A DNA stretch of 64,000 nt from an uncultured Candidatus Saccharibacteria bacterium (GTDB lineage Bacteria; Patescibacteriota; Minisyncoccia; Phycocordibacterales; JACOZG01): assembly GCA_964460805.1 (NCBI GenBank), contig CAYWPU010000003.1, positions 32,014-96,013 of the forward strand. Reading direction: 5' to 3'. The notes beneath the pieces are model-generated. The model had not been told where the DNA came from and did not search any database. It saw only the letters and a list, made by a program, of their open reading frames with translations. Positions within the stretch are counted from its first letter, which is position 1. Each line of letters opens with the position of its first letter. Positions 7,978 through 16,992 of the stretch are shown piece after piece. The position numbers and the translations under genes are program-made.

Positions 7978-9141
7978 TCACGGCCAGAACTCTTTGAGCC
8001 AACGCACAAGGCTAGATTTGGTATCGCGGATGAGGGTTACGCTTGGCGAATCTTCTGGCACCAAGCCAAAGCCAAATAAGCACAAGCCATAAGGCACCAC
8101 CCAGGCGGCGTCTTTGATTTGATTTTTCAATTGTGGCGCTTGGAGTGGATCAAAGATGCGCGCTGGCAAGCGGAGCGAGCTCTTGGCCAGTCTCTCAATA
8201 TTTTCCAAATTTCCGCCGCCGCCCACAATGATCACACCGGCGGGGAGCAGGCCGTTCCGGCCAATTTTCTTAAGATGCGCTTCTACTGATTCAAAAATGT
8301 CTGTCAGTCTGGCTTCTATTATTTCATCTAATTTTTTCTTGAGTCCCACGGCATGTTGTCCGCCCAGCTTAAGTTGCTCGGCTTCCTCCATCTGCACGCG
8401 CAGGCCGAGCGCAATATCTTTAGTCACATCGCTAGAGCCAAAAGGGAAGACTTGCACTGAGATTGGGATACCTTCCTCAAAAGTGATGATAGAAGTTGTC
8501 TCTGAGCCAATATTGACGAGCGCTACACCGGCCATCTTCTGCGCTGTGGAGAGCGCGGTAAAGCTTGCCGCTAGTGGCGCGGCCACCACGTCCTCCACAC
8601 TCAGCCCAGCCAGGCCCACCACGCGCACCAAGTCGTTCAAGTGTTGACTCAGGCAATACATAAAGAGCGTGCGGACTTCCAATTTAGCTCCCCTCATTCC
8701 CTCCACGCGGCTCAGTACGCGCTCGCCGTCCAGCTTCCACACCTGAGGCACTTGGTGGATCACTTGCTTGTTTGTCAGCTCGCCCAGCTGGGCGCGGCTC
8801 GCCTCAATAGCGCGGTTGATATCCGCCTCGCTCACTTCCAAGTCAGCGCGGGAGATCGCTACCTGGCCCGTGGCTGTTTTAGCATCTAGCGTGATGCCGC
8901 CAATGGACAAGAAGACGTTTTTTAATTTAACTTTAGTCTGTCTTTCTGCCTCTCGCACCGCTTCTTTCAAGTTTTCCAGCGTTTCGTCAAAGTTGACGAT
9001 GTAACCGCGCTTGAGTCCGCGCGACTCCTTGCGCACTTGGCACACAATCCGGGGCACGGCAGACTCTGGCACAACCTCAGTGACCACTAGCCGGATGCTA
9101 GAGGTGCCGATGTCTAATCCCGTGACGAGTTGGCGCGCCAT
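7978..9141 (-). CDS. ftsA: cell division protein FtsA
   Basis: Actin-like ATPase with N-terminal GLDIGTSSIRLVV phosphate-1 motif and FtsA-length architecture. Lies in the ftsA-ftsZ neighbourhood. Confidence 0.85.
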   Translation of the reverse strand: MARQLVTGLDIGTSSIRLVVTEVVPESAVPRIVCQVRKESRGLKRGYIVNFDETLENLKEAVREAERQTKVKLKNVFLSIGGITLDAKTATGQVAISRADLEVSEADINRAIEASRAQLGELTNKQVIHQVPQVWKLDGERVLSRVEGMRGAKLEVRTLFMYCLSQHLNDLVRVVGLAGLSVEDVVAAPLAASFTALSTAQKMAGVALVNIGSETTSIITFEEGIPISVQVFPFGSSDVTKDIALGLRVQMEEAEQLKLGGQHAVGLKKKLDEIIEARLTDIFESVEAHLKKIGRNGLLPAGVIIVGGGGNLENIERLAKSSLRLPARIFDPLQAPQLKNQIKDAAWVVPYGLCLFGFGLVPEDSPSVTLIRDTKSSLVRWLKEFWP

Positions 9142-9424
9142 TAGTGGTGAAGCGTTTGATTAATTTTTGCTCTTCTCTCTCCATTCTACTACCGTGGCGC
9201 ATTCCTTTCAAATGTAAAAGTCCGTGGATAAAGAGCTCCAGCACGGTGTGGCCGGTTTTCTTTGCTTCTTTTTTGTTTATCAAAATTTCCCCGCTACTTT
9301 TTGAGAGCGGATAGCTCAGGACGTTGTGATCAGATTCTTGGTCAGTAACAAAAGCGAGGCTTAGTTCGTAAGCCTCGCCCAGGACCTCGCTTTTAATTTT
9401 TTCCCAGTTTCTTAAGCCGTTCAT
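9098..9424 (-). CDS. ybeY: rRNA maturation endoribonuclease YbeY
   Basis: Zinc-binding HGLLHLKGMRH (H-x3-H-x5-H) motif in a 108-aa product. Confidence 0.8.
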   Translation of the reverse strand: MNGLRNWEKIKSEVLGEAYELSLAFVTDQESDHNVLSYPLSKSSGEILINKKEAKKTGHTVLELFIHGLLHLKGMRHGSRMEREEQKLIKRFTTNGAPTRHGIRHRHL

Positions 9425-9614
9425 ATTCCGTGCGGCGAGCCAGGCGAGTGAGAGCCGACTTCTTACGCTTGTAGTGCGACTGAGCGCGGGTGGCCGCCTT
9501 CAGGCTCTTAACGCGGCGGATAATGCCGGCGCCTTGCACGCGCTTCTGGAAGCGGCGCAAGAGACTAGAGCTAGACTCGCCCTGTTCCCGCTTGATTTCT
9601 ATTACTGTTACCAT
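9393..9614 (-). CDS. rpsU: 30S ribosomal protein S21
   Basis: 73-aa basic protein with N-terminal MVTVIEIKREQGESSSSLLRRFQKR, typical of bS21. Confidence 0.85.
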   Translation of the reverse strand: MVTVIEIKREQGESSSSLLRRFQKRVQGAGIIRRVKSLKAATRAQSHYKRKKSALTRLARRTEYERLKKLGKN

Positions 9615-9627
9615 AGAGGCTTATAAG

Positions 9628-10920
9628 CTAACACTTTTTAATATATTCCGCAAGGGCGCTCACGGGCACGGTCTCCTGCGAGCGGGTCTGCATGTTCCGC
9701 ACAATCACCGTGTTCTCCATCGCTTCTTTTTGTCCCAGGATGATTGTATAAGGCACGCCCAGCTTCTCTGCCAAGCCCAATTGCACACCCAAGCTGTCTT
9801 TAGAGATAGACTGAGCAATCGGCACCTTCGCTTTCCGCAAGATTTCAATCACGCCAAAGCTCTTGAGCTTGGCATCAAACGAGAGTTGAATAAAAAATAC
9901 TTTAGGCTTCTTGATTATTCTGGGATAAATCGGCTTATAGTTAGCCGAGAGCGCTAGCCTGTCTACACTGATAGCCACACCCACGGCTGGCACATCTTTT
10001 TTACCACCGATCATCTTGGCTAAGTAGTCATAGCGCCCGCCGCCAGCAATAGAGAGCGGCGGCTCGGTCATCTCTGGCGTTACCGGCTCGCTGATCTCAA
10101 AAACGGTTCTAGAATAATAATCTAAGCCGCGCACCAGACTATTATTGATCTCATAATTAATCTCCATCATATCTAAGTACTCCAGCACTTCCTGGAAGTG
10201 CTTCTGGCAATTGTGGCAGAGGTAAGTGATAGAGCTGGGCGCACCGGCTTTAATCGGCTGGCACTCCGGCTTTTTGCAGTCTAGGAGACGCAGGGGATTA
10301 TGCTTGAGCCGCTCGCGGCAGTCAGCGCAGATATCTTTTACATGCTTTTTATAATAATTTACTAATTCTTTGCGATAGTTCTGCCGGCAGTCTTTATCGC
10401 CGATGCTATTGATAGAGACTTGCAGTTTATCTAAGCCAACCTCGGCGAGAATCAAGAGCATTAGTTTAATAATTAAAGCATCAGCAACGGGTTTGCTGGT
10501 GCCGATCACGTCTAAATTGAACTGCCGGAACTCGCGATAGCGCCCGCGCTGGGGCCGATCGTGACGGAAAACGGGTCCGTAAGTGTAGAGCAGTACCGGT
10601 TGCGGCTCGCTCTGCAGGCCGAGCTCAAAATAAGCGCGGATCACACCCGGTGTATATTCCGGCCGCATGGCGAGATGATCGCCGCCCTTGGTCTTGAGTG
10701 TGTACATCTCTTTATCTACGATGTCTGAGGTCTCGCCCTCAGCTTTAGCAAAGAGTGAAGCGTGCTCTAGTGTGGGCGTCTCCAGAGGCTTAAAGCCGTA
10801 ATAGGCCGCGATCTCGGCCGCGCGCTCGGCAAAGCCCTGGAAGTGGTAATAAGTCTCGTCGTAAATATCGCGCGTGCCCTTGGGTGCTTGGAGCGGAGCG
10901 ATTTTGGGAGCTTTTTTCAT
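9628..10920 (-). CDS. hisS: histidine--tRNA ligase
   Basis: Class II aaRS motifs, N-terminal APKGTRDIY, HisA-like anticodon-binding C-terminus, and an internal Cys4 insertion (CADC...CHNC). Confidence 0.85.
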   Translation of the reverse strand: MKKAPKIAPLQAPKGTRDIYDETYYHFQGFAERAAEIAAYYGFKPLETPTLEHASLFAKAEGETSDIVDKEMYTLKTKGGDHLAMRPEYTPGVIRAYFELGLQSEPQPVLLYTYGPVFRHDRPQRGRYREFRQFNLDVIGTSKPVADALIIKLMLLILAEVGLDKLQVSINSIGDKDCRQNYRKELVNYYKKHVKDICADCRERLKHNPLRLLDCKKPECQPIKAGAPSSITYLCHNCQKHFQEVLEYLDMMEINYEINNSLVRGLDYYSRTVFEISEPVTPEMTEPPLSIAGGGRYDYLAKMIGGKKDVPAVGVAISVDRLALSANYKPIYPRIIKKPKVFFIQLSFDAKLKSFGVIEILRKAKVPIAQSISKDSLGVQLGLAEKLGVPYTIILGQKEAMENTVIVRNMQTRSQETVPVSALAEYIKKC

Positions 10921-10944
10921 GTTTTTCTAAAAATTTTATAAAAA

Positions 10945-11487
10945 CTACTCCGGCTGGCCGGGGAGCAAGCTGGCGCGAGTGGGCGGCAATAAACGGAGGA
11001 AGACGCGCCCGGTCATCATCTCGCGGGGGAGTGGTCCCCAGGCGCGCGAGTCCAGGCTCACATCGCGGTTATCGCCCATCACAAAATATTCTGTTTTCCC
11101 CAGCTTCACGCGCACGTTGGCAGTAAAGTCTCCGACGATATAACTCTCATCTAAATTAATTTCCTCACCAGCTACTGTTTCTATTTTCACTTTGCTGTCT
11201 TGGATTGTTACCGTCTCGCCCGGCAGGCCAATGATCCGCTTGATGAAGTGGATTTTCGGCTCTTTAGGATAACGAAAAACAACCACCTCGCCGCGCTCCG
11301 GCTCGCGCAGGTGATAAGAGAGCTCGTCTATGATCAGATATTCTTTATCCTCAAAAGTGGGCGACATGGAGGTGCCGCTGACGATGAAGGGTTGGGCCAC
11401 ATAAGCGCGGATCGGGAGCACAATGACCAGTGTAATCACCACAAACTTGATGATTTCCCAGATTCCCGACCTGATCTTGGGCCACAT
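10945..11487 (-). CDS. lepB: signal peptidase I
   Basis: N-terminal TM segment, catalytic Ser box (VSGTSMSPT) and Lys box, and GDNRDVSLDSRAWG box E. Confidence 0.85.
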   Translation of the reverse strand: MWPKIRSGIWEIIKFVVITLVIVLPIRAYVAQPFIVSGTSMSPTFEDKEYLIIDELSYHLREPERGEVVVFRYPKEPKIHFIKRIIGLPGETVTIQDSKVKIETVAGEEINLDESYIVGDFTANVRVKLGKTEYFVMGDNRDVSLDSRAWGPLPREMMTGRVFLRLLPPTRASLLPGQPE

Positions 11488-11550
11488 GATGCGCCAGTTT
11501 ATAACAAATTTTCACCTCCCGCAAGCGCCTGATTTTAAGCCGTTTTTTTG

Positions 11551-11590
11551 GTGGTATTGACAAAAATAGCCACTTGGGTGTATAATAGGG
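11551..11590 (+). promoter_or_regulatory. sigma-70-type promoter TTGACA-18-TATAAT; copy 2 of a repeated promoter
   Basis: ttgacaaaaatagccacttgggtgtataat lies upstream of the 11658 gene and is the reverse-complement duplicate of 7876-7910. Confidence 0.6.
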
Positions 11591-11657
11591 GTTGGAAGCT
11601 AGGGTTGTCCTGGCTAGATCTTTGTAAGACAAACAAAGTAAGAAAGGTGGGTTTGCT

Positions 11658-12317
11658 ATGTCTGTGCGCAACAAGATGTTTGCGGACTCGCTTTTTGCGG
11701 TCCAAGTCATTGGCGGTTGTGTTTTATGCGGGAGCCAGTTTGTCCGGTTTCTTGATACAACCGATGGCTATAGTCTGGCCATGCTCCTGCTGATGGAAGT
11801 CTATCTGCTTCTGCATCTGGCCTTGGCTCTTGGTTCTCATCGTGCTGCCCCAAGTCGTGTAACTTATCAGACACTTCTGACTTTTGTGATCTGGATTGTT
11901 CTGATTGGTTCGAACATTGGCGCATTGTGGTGGAACGGGAAGTATCGTTGGAGCGCTAACGACACCTGGACTTCGATATTGGCTTTCGGTGGTGCTGTTG
12001 TCGTGTTTAGCGCAACGAAGCTGACGAATCTTAGTTGGCGCGATCCATTACCCAAGAGCGTTCTCGCCGTACTCTTCAAAGCCTTGCCCCAGTCTATGAT
12101 GACTTACAAGGTGTTACAGATTGGTGGGGCCGGAGTTCCAGCTTTGGCTATTATTGCTGGCAACATAACTATCTTGATTAGAATCGGTCAGACAGTAATG
12201 GCAATCCGCGAGGCGGGTTGGGAGCGTAATCGCACTTGGTTGCTGGTGAGCGAGACCCTTAACTGGTTGAGTTGGACTGCTGTTGGTGTGGCCTGGTTCT
12301 GCTGGTGGATACGCTAA
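11658..12317 (+). CDS. hypothetical polytopic membrane protein (219 aa)
   Basis: About six hydrophobic helices, a strong promoter upstream and a terminator downstream. Confidence 0.45.
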   Translation: MSVRNKMFADSLFAVQVIGGCVLCGSQFVRFLDTTDGYSLAMLLLMEVYLLLHLALALGSHRAAPSRVTYQTLLTFVIWIVLIGSNIGALWWNGKYRWSANDTWTSILAFGGAVVVFSATKLTNLSWRDPLPKSVLAVLFKALPQSMMTYKVLQIGGAGVPALAIIAGNITILIRIGQTVMAIREAGWERNRTWLLVSETLNWLSWTAVGVAWFCWWIR

Positions 12318-12328
12318 AAAGCGTGGCT

Positions 12329-12380
12329 AGACCCGTCCTGTTTCTTCTGCATTCATTTGCGGAGGAGCAGGGCGGGTCTT
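12329..12380 (+). terminator. intrinsic terminator
   Basis: agacccgtcctg...cagggcgggtcttttatttttc. Confidence 0.65.
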
Positions 12381-12419
12381 TTATTTTTCTATATTTTCTG
12401 TGCTAATATCTCTCATAAC

Positions 12420-12980
12420 ATGGCTTATTTGATCTTGGGATTGGGGAATCCGGGGGAAAAATATGAGAACACGCGGCATAATGCGGGGAAAATTATCGTG
12501 GCTGAATTGGAGAAGATTTGGGGCGACCCTTCAACCTCGTTCAGGGCAGGAAAGTCGCCGGCTAAGCTCATACAATCTGAGACGATGATGAACCACTCGG
12601 GCCGGAATCTAATTAAATTAGTGAAGAGTAAAAAGCAGGCTAGTCAGTTGATCGTGCTACACGATGATCTAGACTTGGGCTTGGGCAGTATCCGGATTAG
12701 CTATAATCGCGGCACGGGCGGGCATCGGGGGTTGGATTCTATTGTGCGGCAAGTCAAGACCAGAGAGTTTATCAGAGTGAGACTGGGTATCGCGCCGGTA
12801 ACGCCGAGCGGGAAAGTGAAGAAGCCGCGTGGTGAGCAGGCCGTGCTCAAGCACATCTTGGGTGAGTTCAAGCCGGCGGAACGGAAGATGCTAGAGAGAC
12901 TGGCCAAAAAAATTGCCTCAGCGATTGAGACAATTCTTAATGAGAGCTTGGAGAAGGCGATGACGCTCTATAATCAGTAA
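12420..12980 (+). CDS. pth: peptidyl-tRNA hydrolase
   Basis: MAYLILGLGNPGEKYENTRHNAG N-terminus with the catalytic His motif. The start is taken at the internal Met of the longer ORF. Confidence 0.85.
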   Translation: MAYLILGLGNPGEKYENTRHNAGKIIVAELEKIWGDPSTSFRAGKSPAKLIQSETMMNHSGRNLIKLVKSKKQASQLIVLHDDLDLGLGSIRISYNRGTGGHRGLDSIVRQVKTREFIRVRLGIAPVTPSGKVKKPRGEQAVLKHILGEFKPAERKMLERLAKKIASAIETILNESLEKAMTLYNQ

Positions 12981-12999
12981 TTCTAGCTCGCTTTTTTCG

Positions 13000-14160
13000 C
13001 TACTTTTGTTTTGCCGCTTTTTCTACTTTTTCTGGCTTTTCTGTTTTTGGCGTCTCGGCCTTGGGCGGATTATGGCCAAAGGAGAGTGTCATCTTGTGAT
13101 TCTTAGGTTCAAAGATATTGATCGTGAAGGGGTAGCTCTTGCCTAGCGCGAGCTTCTGCTTCAGCTCATCCTCGCTCGCGAACTCCGAGACGTGTACTAA
13201 TCCAGCCACGCCCTCCTCAATGCTCACCAGCGCGCCGTGCTTATTGTGCTTGATCACCACGCCGGTAACGTGCTCGTCTTTGTGATATTTAGCTTCTGCC
13301 GCTTGCCACGGGTTAGGCTTGAGCGCCTTCACCGAGAGGGAGATTTTGTCCTCTTTAATTTCAATAATTTTAGCCGTGATCTTATCACCAGTCTTATAGA
13401 GATCACGCGGGTTCTCTACCAGCGACCAGTCTAGTTCAGAAATGTGGACTAGACCCTCAAAGCCTTCCTCAATCTTCACAAAGACGCCAAAGTCCACCAC
13501 GCCGGTAACCGTGCCTTTTACCACATCACCGAGGCTATATTTAGCCACAATATCGCGCCGGCTCTTGCTGGAGACAGCCTTTTCCGAGAAGATGAGCTTG
13601 CCATCTCGGGGGTCAGCGCTAATCAGATAAACTTCCAATTGCTCGCCCACCAACTTCTTGAGCTCCTCCATGATCTTGTTCTTGTCGCCATCTTCCACTT
13701 TAGGGTAATGCTCCGGCTTGAGCTGTGATGCGGGGATAAAGCCGTCCAAGCCTTGCCAATCCAAGGTGAGTCCGCCTTTGTTCGCGTTCTTAACTGTGAC
13801 GGTAAAGAGTGTGCTGTCTTCAATCGCGCGCTTGGCCTCCGCCCAGATCAGTGCTTGCTTGGCCTCCTTGAGCGAGAGCTCAATATAGCCGTTCTCACCC
13901 TCCGAGGCGACCACCTTGGCGCTCACCGTGTCGCCCACGCTGATCTCTTTAAGCAGCTCTCTGGCGTTCAAGTATTCCCGACCAAAGATTAGACCCGTAC
14001 CAAAGGGTGGGATATCTACATACACAGCCATCTTGTCCTTGCCGATCACCGTGCCCGACACAATAGTCTGCTCGCGCGGCCTCTCTGGCGCCTCGCGTAG
14101 CACCTCGTCCATCTGGGTCTGGGGTTGCACTTCTATTACTTCATCTTTTGACATATCCAC
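13000..14160 (-). CDS. rpsA: 30S ribosomal protein S1 (multi-S1-domain RNA-binding protein)
   Basis: Four repeated S1 domains (G-x-V-x-G-x-V...G-x-F-V...GL-x-H-x-SE) and a C-terminal basic tail. Confidence 0.8.
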   Translation of the reverse strand: MDMSKDEVIEVQPQTQMDEVLREAPERPREQTIVSGTVIGKDKMAVYVDIPPFGTGLIFGREYLNARELLKEISVGDTVSAKVVASEGENGYIELSLKEAKQALIWAEAKRAIEDSTLFTVTVKNANKGGLTLDWQGLDGFIPASQLKPEHYPKVEDGDKNKIMEELKKLVGEQLEVYLISADPRDGKLIFSEKAVSSKSRRDIVAKYSLGDVVKGTVTGVVDFGVFVKIEEGFEGLVHISELDWSLVENPRDLYKTGDKITAKIIEIKEDKISLSVKALKPNPWQAAEAKYHKDEHVTGVVIKHNKHGALVSIEEGVAGLVHVSEFASEDELKQKLALGKSYPFTINIFEPKNHKMTLSFGHNPPKAETPKTEKPEKVEKAAKQK

Positions 14161-14241
14161 AGCATTATATACATTCTCAGCTTCTTATCAAGTATAATTG
14201 GTGGGTATTATCAGAATTAACAGATTTTAGCGTTTTTCATT

Positions 14242-15006
14242 ATGTTTAAAAATTTAGCAATGTTTTTGGCTGTTTTGGCGCTCTTGGTGGTACCTGCCGC
14301 TCTCACACACGCGCAGGCTCAGCCCTCGCAGACCTCGGGTCTCTCGGCTTCCGCGATTGCTGATCTCTTTTCTCAGATTGCCGGCAACTTGACCACCGGC
14401 GTGAGCACGCCTGTTAGCTCGGGCGGTGGCGCAGGCAACTTCTCCAACGTGAGCCAGGGCAATGCGCAGACTAACCTGACCAGCTTCAATACCAATCTCA
14501 ACGTGAGCGGCTTGAGCGTGGCGGGTGATATTGCCGTCTTGCCTCAGGGTAGCATCGGCTCGGGTAAAGCTTATGGTTGCCCAGGTTGTAATCACAGCAA
14601 CGAGATCCAGCTCTACGATGGCACAGGCCAGATGAGCTTCTCTGTTGGTGGTGGGGCTAATCCTAAGTACATCTTCTATGGCGGCCGGGTGGGCGTGGGC
14701 GTAGCTAACCCAGAGGCGGCCTTGGATGTGAACGGCGATATCCGCGCCGGTGGTGATGGCGGTACCATCTATGCCAAGCGTCTCTGCGTGGGCGAGAACT
14801 CCATGGATCCGGCCAACTGCAGTAACGACGCCAATCCTCGCGGTACCTGGTGTGGTGTCTCCTTTGGCAGCGCTGGCGGCCAGATGGACTGCAAAGGAAA
14901 GTCCATTGGCGTGGCGCCTCTGCTGAGCTGCCCGACTGGCTACACTGGCATGACGATTGGTATTGGCACTTCCATGGGTTACTTTGGCACTTGCGTGAAG
15001 AACTAA
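14242..15006 (+). CDS. secreted Cys-containing Gly/Ser/Asn-rich protein of unknown function
   Basis: Cleavable signal peptide (ALTHAQAQ), 8 Cys, and the motif GVANPEAALDVNGDIRAGG. A terminator follows. Confidence 0.5.
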   Translation: MFKNLAMFLAVLALLVVPAALTHAQAQPSQTSGLSASAIADLFSQIAGNLTTGVSTPVSSGGGAGNFSNVSQGNAQTNLTSFNTNLNVSGLSVAGDIAVLPQGSIGSGKAYGCPGCNHSNEIQLYDGTGQMSFSVGGGANPKYIFYGGRVGVGVANPEAALDVNGDIRAGGDGGTIYAKRLCVGENSMDPANCSNDANPRGTWCGVSFGSAGGQMDCKGKSIGVAPLLSCPTGYTGMTIGIGTSMGYFGTCVKN

Positions 15007-15035
15007 AGACGAATTAGACCACAGTATCACAACGC

Positions 15036-15066
15036 AAAAAGCTGGCTCTAGAGCCAGCTTTTTGTT
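15036..15066 (+). terminator. intrinsic terminator
   Basis: Perfect palindrome aaaaagctggctctagagccagcttttt. Confidence 0.75.
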
Positions 15067-15077
15067 ATAATAGAGAG

Positions 15078-16085
15078 ATGAAAACATCAAACATCTGGGG
15101 CATTATTGTGATTATCTTGCTCGTTATCGGCGGCATATGGGCGGCCAAGAATCCGACTGGGCAGGTACCCGCAGAGGGAGAGGTGATTAAGATTGGAGTG
15201 ATTGCACCTCTCACTGGACCAGTAGCTGATTTTGGGGAAGAAATTCGTAAGGGTGTCCAGGCTGGCCTTGTTGCTGGTGTGGAAGCAATTTTCGAAGACG
15301 ACAAATGCGATCCCAAAGAAGCTGTTTCGGCTTATCAGAAGTTGATTGAGTTTAATAAAGTGAAATTTTTGATTGGCCCGGCTTGTGGTTCGCCACAAGA
15401 GGCTATCGTGCCGTTGTTAACAGACAAAGAGGCGCTGACAGTCGTACCAGCTGCCGCTTCCACCGATCTATTTGGCCAGAGCGGGAGTAATTTTTACAAC
15501 ATCCAGTATTCACTCCAAGACGAGTCTAAATTTATTGCTGAGCGGATGTTGGCTTTAGGCTACAACAAAGTAGCTCTGGTTTATTATGCAAATGCATTCT
15601 CGCAAACTCATGTTGATAGTTTTAAACAGAACTTCAAGGGTCAGATTGCAATAGAGTCTAGGTTTCTAGATGAGACCACTGACGTTTCTACTGAGGTGAC
15701 CAAGATTGGTGCGGCACAGGTGGATGCAATTTATTCTCCGGACATCTCATTTTTCTTCGCTAATGGTGTAAGCAAACTCCGCGAGCGTAAGGTGACCGTT
15801 CCAATTTTTACAACTTATGTAGCAGAGTTGCCTGCGGTGCGTGCGCTAGTACCCGATGTTTACTACTCTTTCCCTGGTGATTTGGCGGGTGCAGAGGGCG
15901 CGGTGTACGAATTATCCAAACAGGCGGCAGAATTATTGTCGTCAGCAGTCAAAGATTGCCAAGGTGATTACGCTTGTGTGAAAGATAAGCTGAATTCTTC
16001 TGGTAATTTTGACGTAAACGGAATCTACCAACGTCAGATTATTCTGAAGCAAATTAAGAACGGCGAACCGGTGAACTTGAATTAA
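15078..16085 (+). CDS. ABC transporter substrate-binding protein, branched-chain amino acid (LivJ/LivK-like, type I periplasmic binding fold)
   Basis: N-terminal anchor followed by IKIGVIAPLTGPVADFGEEIRKGVQAG, characteristic of the Leu/Ile/Val-binding family. Confidence 0.75.
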   Translation: MKTSNIWGIIVIILLVIGGIWAAKNPTGQVPAEGEVIKIGVIAPLTGPVADFGEEIRKGVQAGLVAGVEAIFEDDKCDPKEAVSAYQKLIEFNKVKFLIGPACGSPQEAIVPLLTDKEALTVVPAAASTDLFGQSGSNFYNIQYSLQDESKFIAERMLALGYNKVALVYYANAFSQTHVDSFKQNFKGQIAIESRFLDETTDVSTEVTKIGAAQVDAIYSPDISFFFANGVSKLRERKVTVPIFTTYVAELPAVRALVPDVYYSFPGDLAGAEGAVYELSKQAAELLSSAVKDCQGDYACVKDKLNSSGNFDVNGIYQRQIILKQIKNGEPVNLN

Positions 16086-16088
16086 CCC

Positions 16089-16712
16089 ATGATCATCAAT
16101 CACTACGGCTTGGGGATGGTGAAGGTGGCGCTCGGCGAGCGGGTGATTGTGTTCAATCCGATTGGTGATAAGGCGAGCCGCGAGCCGGTCAAGTTTGGCG
16201 CGGATATTGCGCTGGTCAGCCTGGGTGATAACGGCTACAATGGCGTGCGCCACGTCTCGCGCGGCGAACGTGTGCCCTTTGTGATAGATGGCCCCGGCGA
16301 GTATGAGGTGGATGGCAATTTCATCAAGGGTTTTGCCACTGCTGGTCCCGCCGCAGGCGGGCAAGCCGGCGGGCGGATTAATACAGCTTATCTCTTGGTG
16401 CTGGACGGCGTGCGGCTGGTGCACCTGGGCGCGCTGGCGTCTGCCGCGCTACCTAACGAGGTGGTGGAGGCATTGGGGGCGGTGGATGTGCTCTTCCTGC
16501 CTCTGGCTAACTTGGAAGCTAAAGCGGCCAGCAAATTGCTCACCTTGCTCAAGCCGCGCGCAGTGGTGCCGGTGGATTATGATGAGAAGGGTCTCAATGC
16601 TTTTCTCAAAGATCAGGGCGAGGAGGGAAACGGCGTGATGGAAGGCTGGACGTTTAAGAAGAAGGACTTGAGCGACAAGGAGAGCCAGGTGATGGTGGTC
16701 AAATCTTTTTAG
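16089..16712 (+). CDS. MBL-fold metallo-hydrolase-like protein (Lactamase_B_3-type, degenerate motifs)
   Basis: Beta-lactamase-fold-like layout (INHYGLGMVKV...VDVLFLP...VVPVDYDEKG). Metal-binding histidines are partly missing. Confidence 0.45.
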   Translation: MIINHYGLGMVKVALGERVIVFNPIGDKASREPVKFGADIALVSLGDNGYNGVRHVSRGERVPFVIDGPGEYEVDGNFIKGFATAGPAAGGQAGGRINTAYLLVLDGVRLVHLGALASAALPNEVVEALGAVDVLFLPLANLEAKAASKLLTLLKPRAVVPVDYDEKGLNAFLKDQGEEGNGVMEGWTFKKKDLSDKESQVMVVKSF

Positions 16713-16731
16713 AAAATCTCTATAATAACTT

Positions 16732-16992
16732 ATGCAAGCCGTGATCGCTTATGTAGAGAAGTTACGCCAGGAGCCGGAGGCCAAGCGGCGGCGCTTCCTC
16801 TGGTGGAGCACCTCGCTAATCACGCTGATCATCGCACTGGGCTGGTTTGCTACGTGGCGGGCTGGCACGCCGGTTGAGCTGCCAGCGCCGGTGGCTGAGC
16901 AGGCAAGCGTAGCACCAGACTGGCGGCAAGGCTTGGCGGATGCTAAATTAAAAATTATTACCGGATGGCAAACGATAATACCGAAAAATTAA
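16732..16992 (+). CDS. small membrane protein, hypothetical (86 aa)
   Basis: Single TM helix; overlaps the gyrA start by 28 nt; weak support. Confidence 0.3.
   Translation: MQAVIAYVEKLRQEPEAKRRRFLWWSTSLITLIIALGWFATWRAGTPVELPAPVAEQASVAPDWRQGLADAKLKIITGWQTIIPKN

Noticed and set aside
14254-15090. 278-aa minus-strand ORF antisense to the secreted-protein gene.
   Set aside because: It has Arg/Ala/His-rich low-complexity composition typical of antisense reading of GC-rich coding DNA. The plus-strand ORF has a signal peptide and its own promoter and terminator, so the plus strand was chosen.
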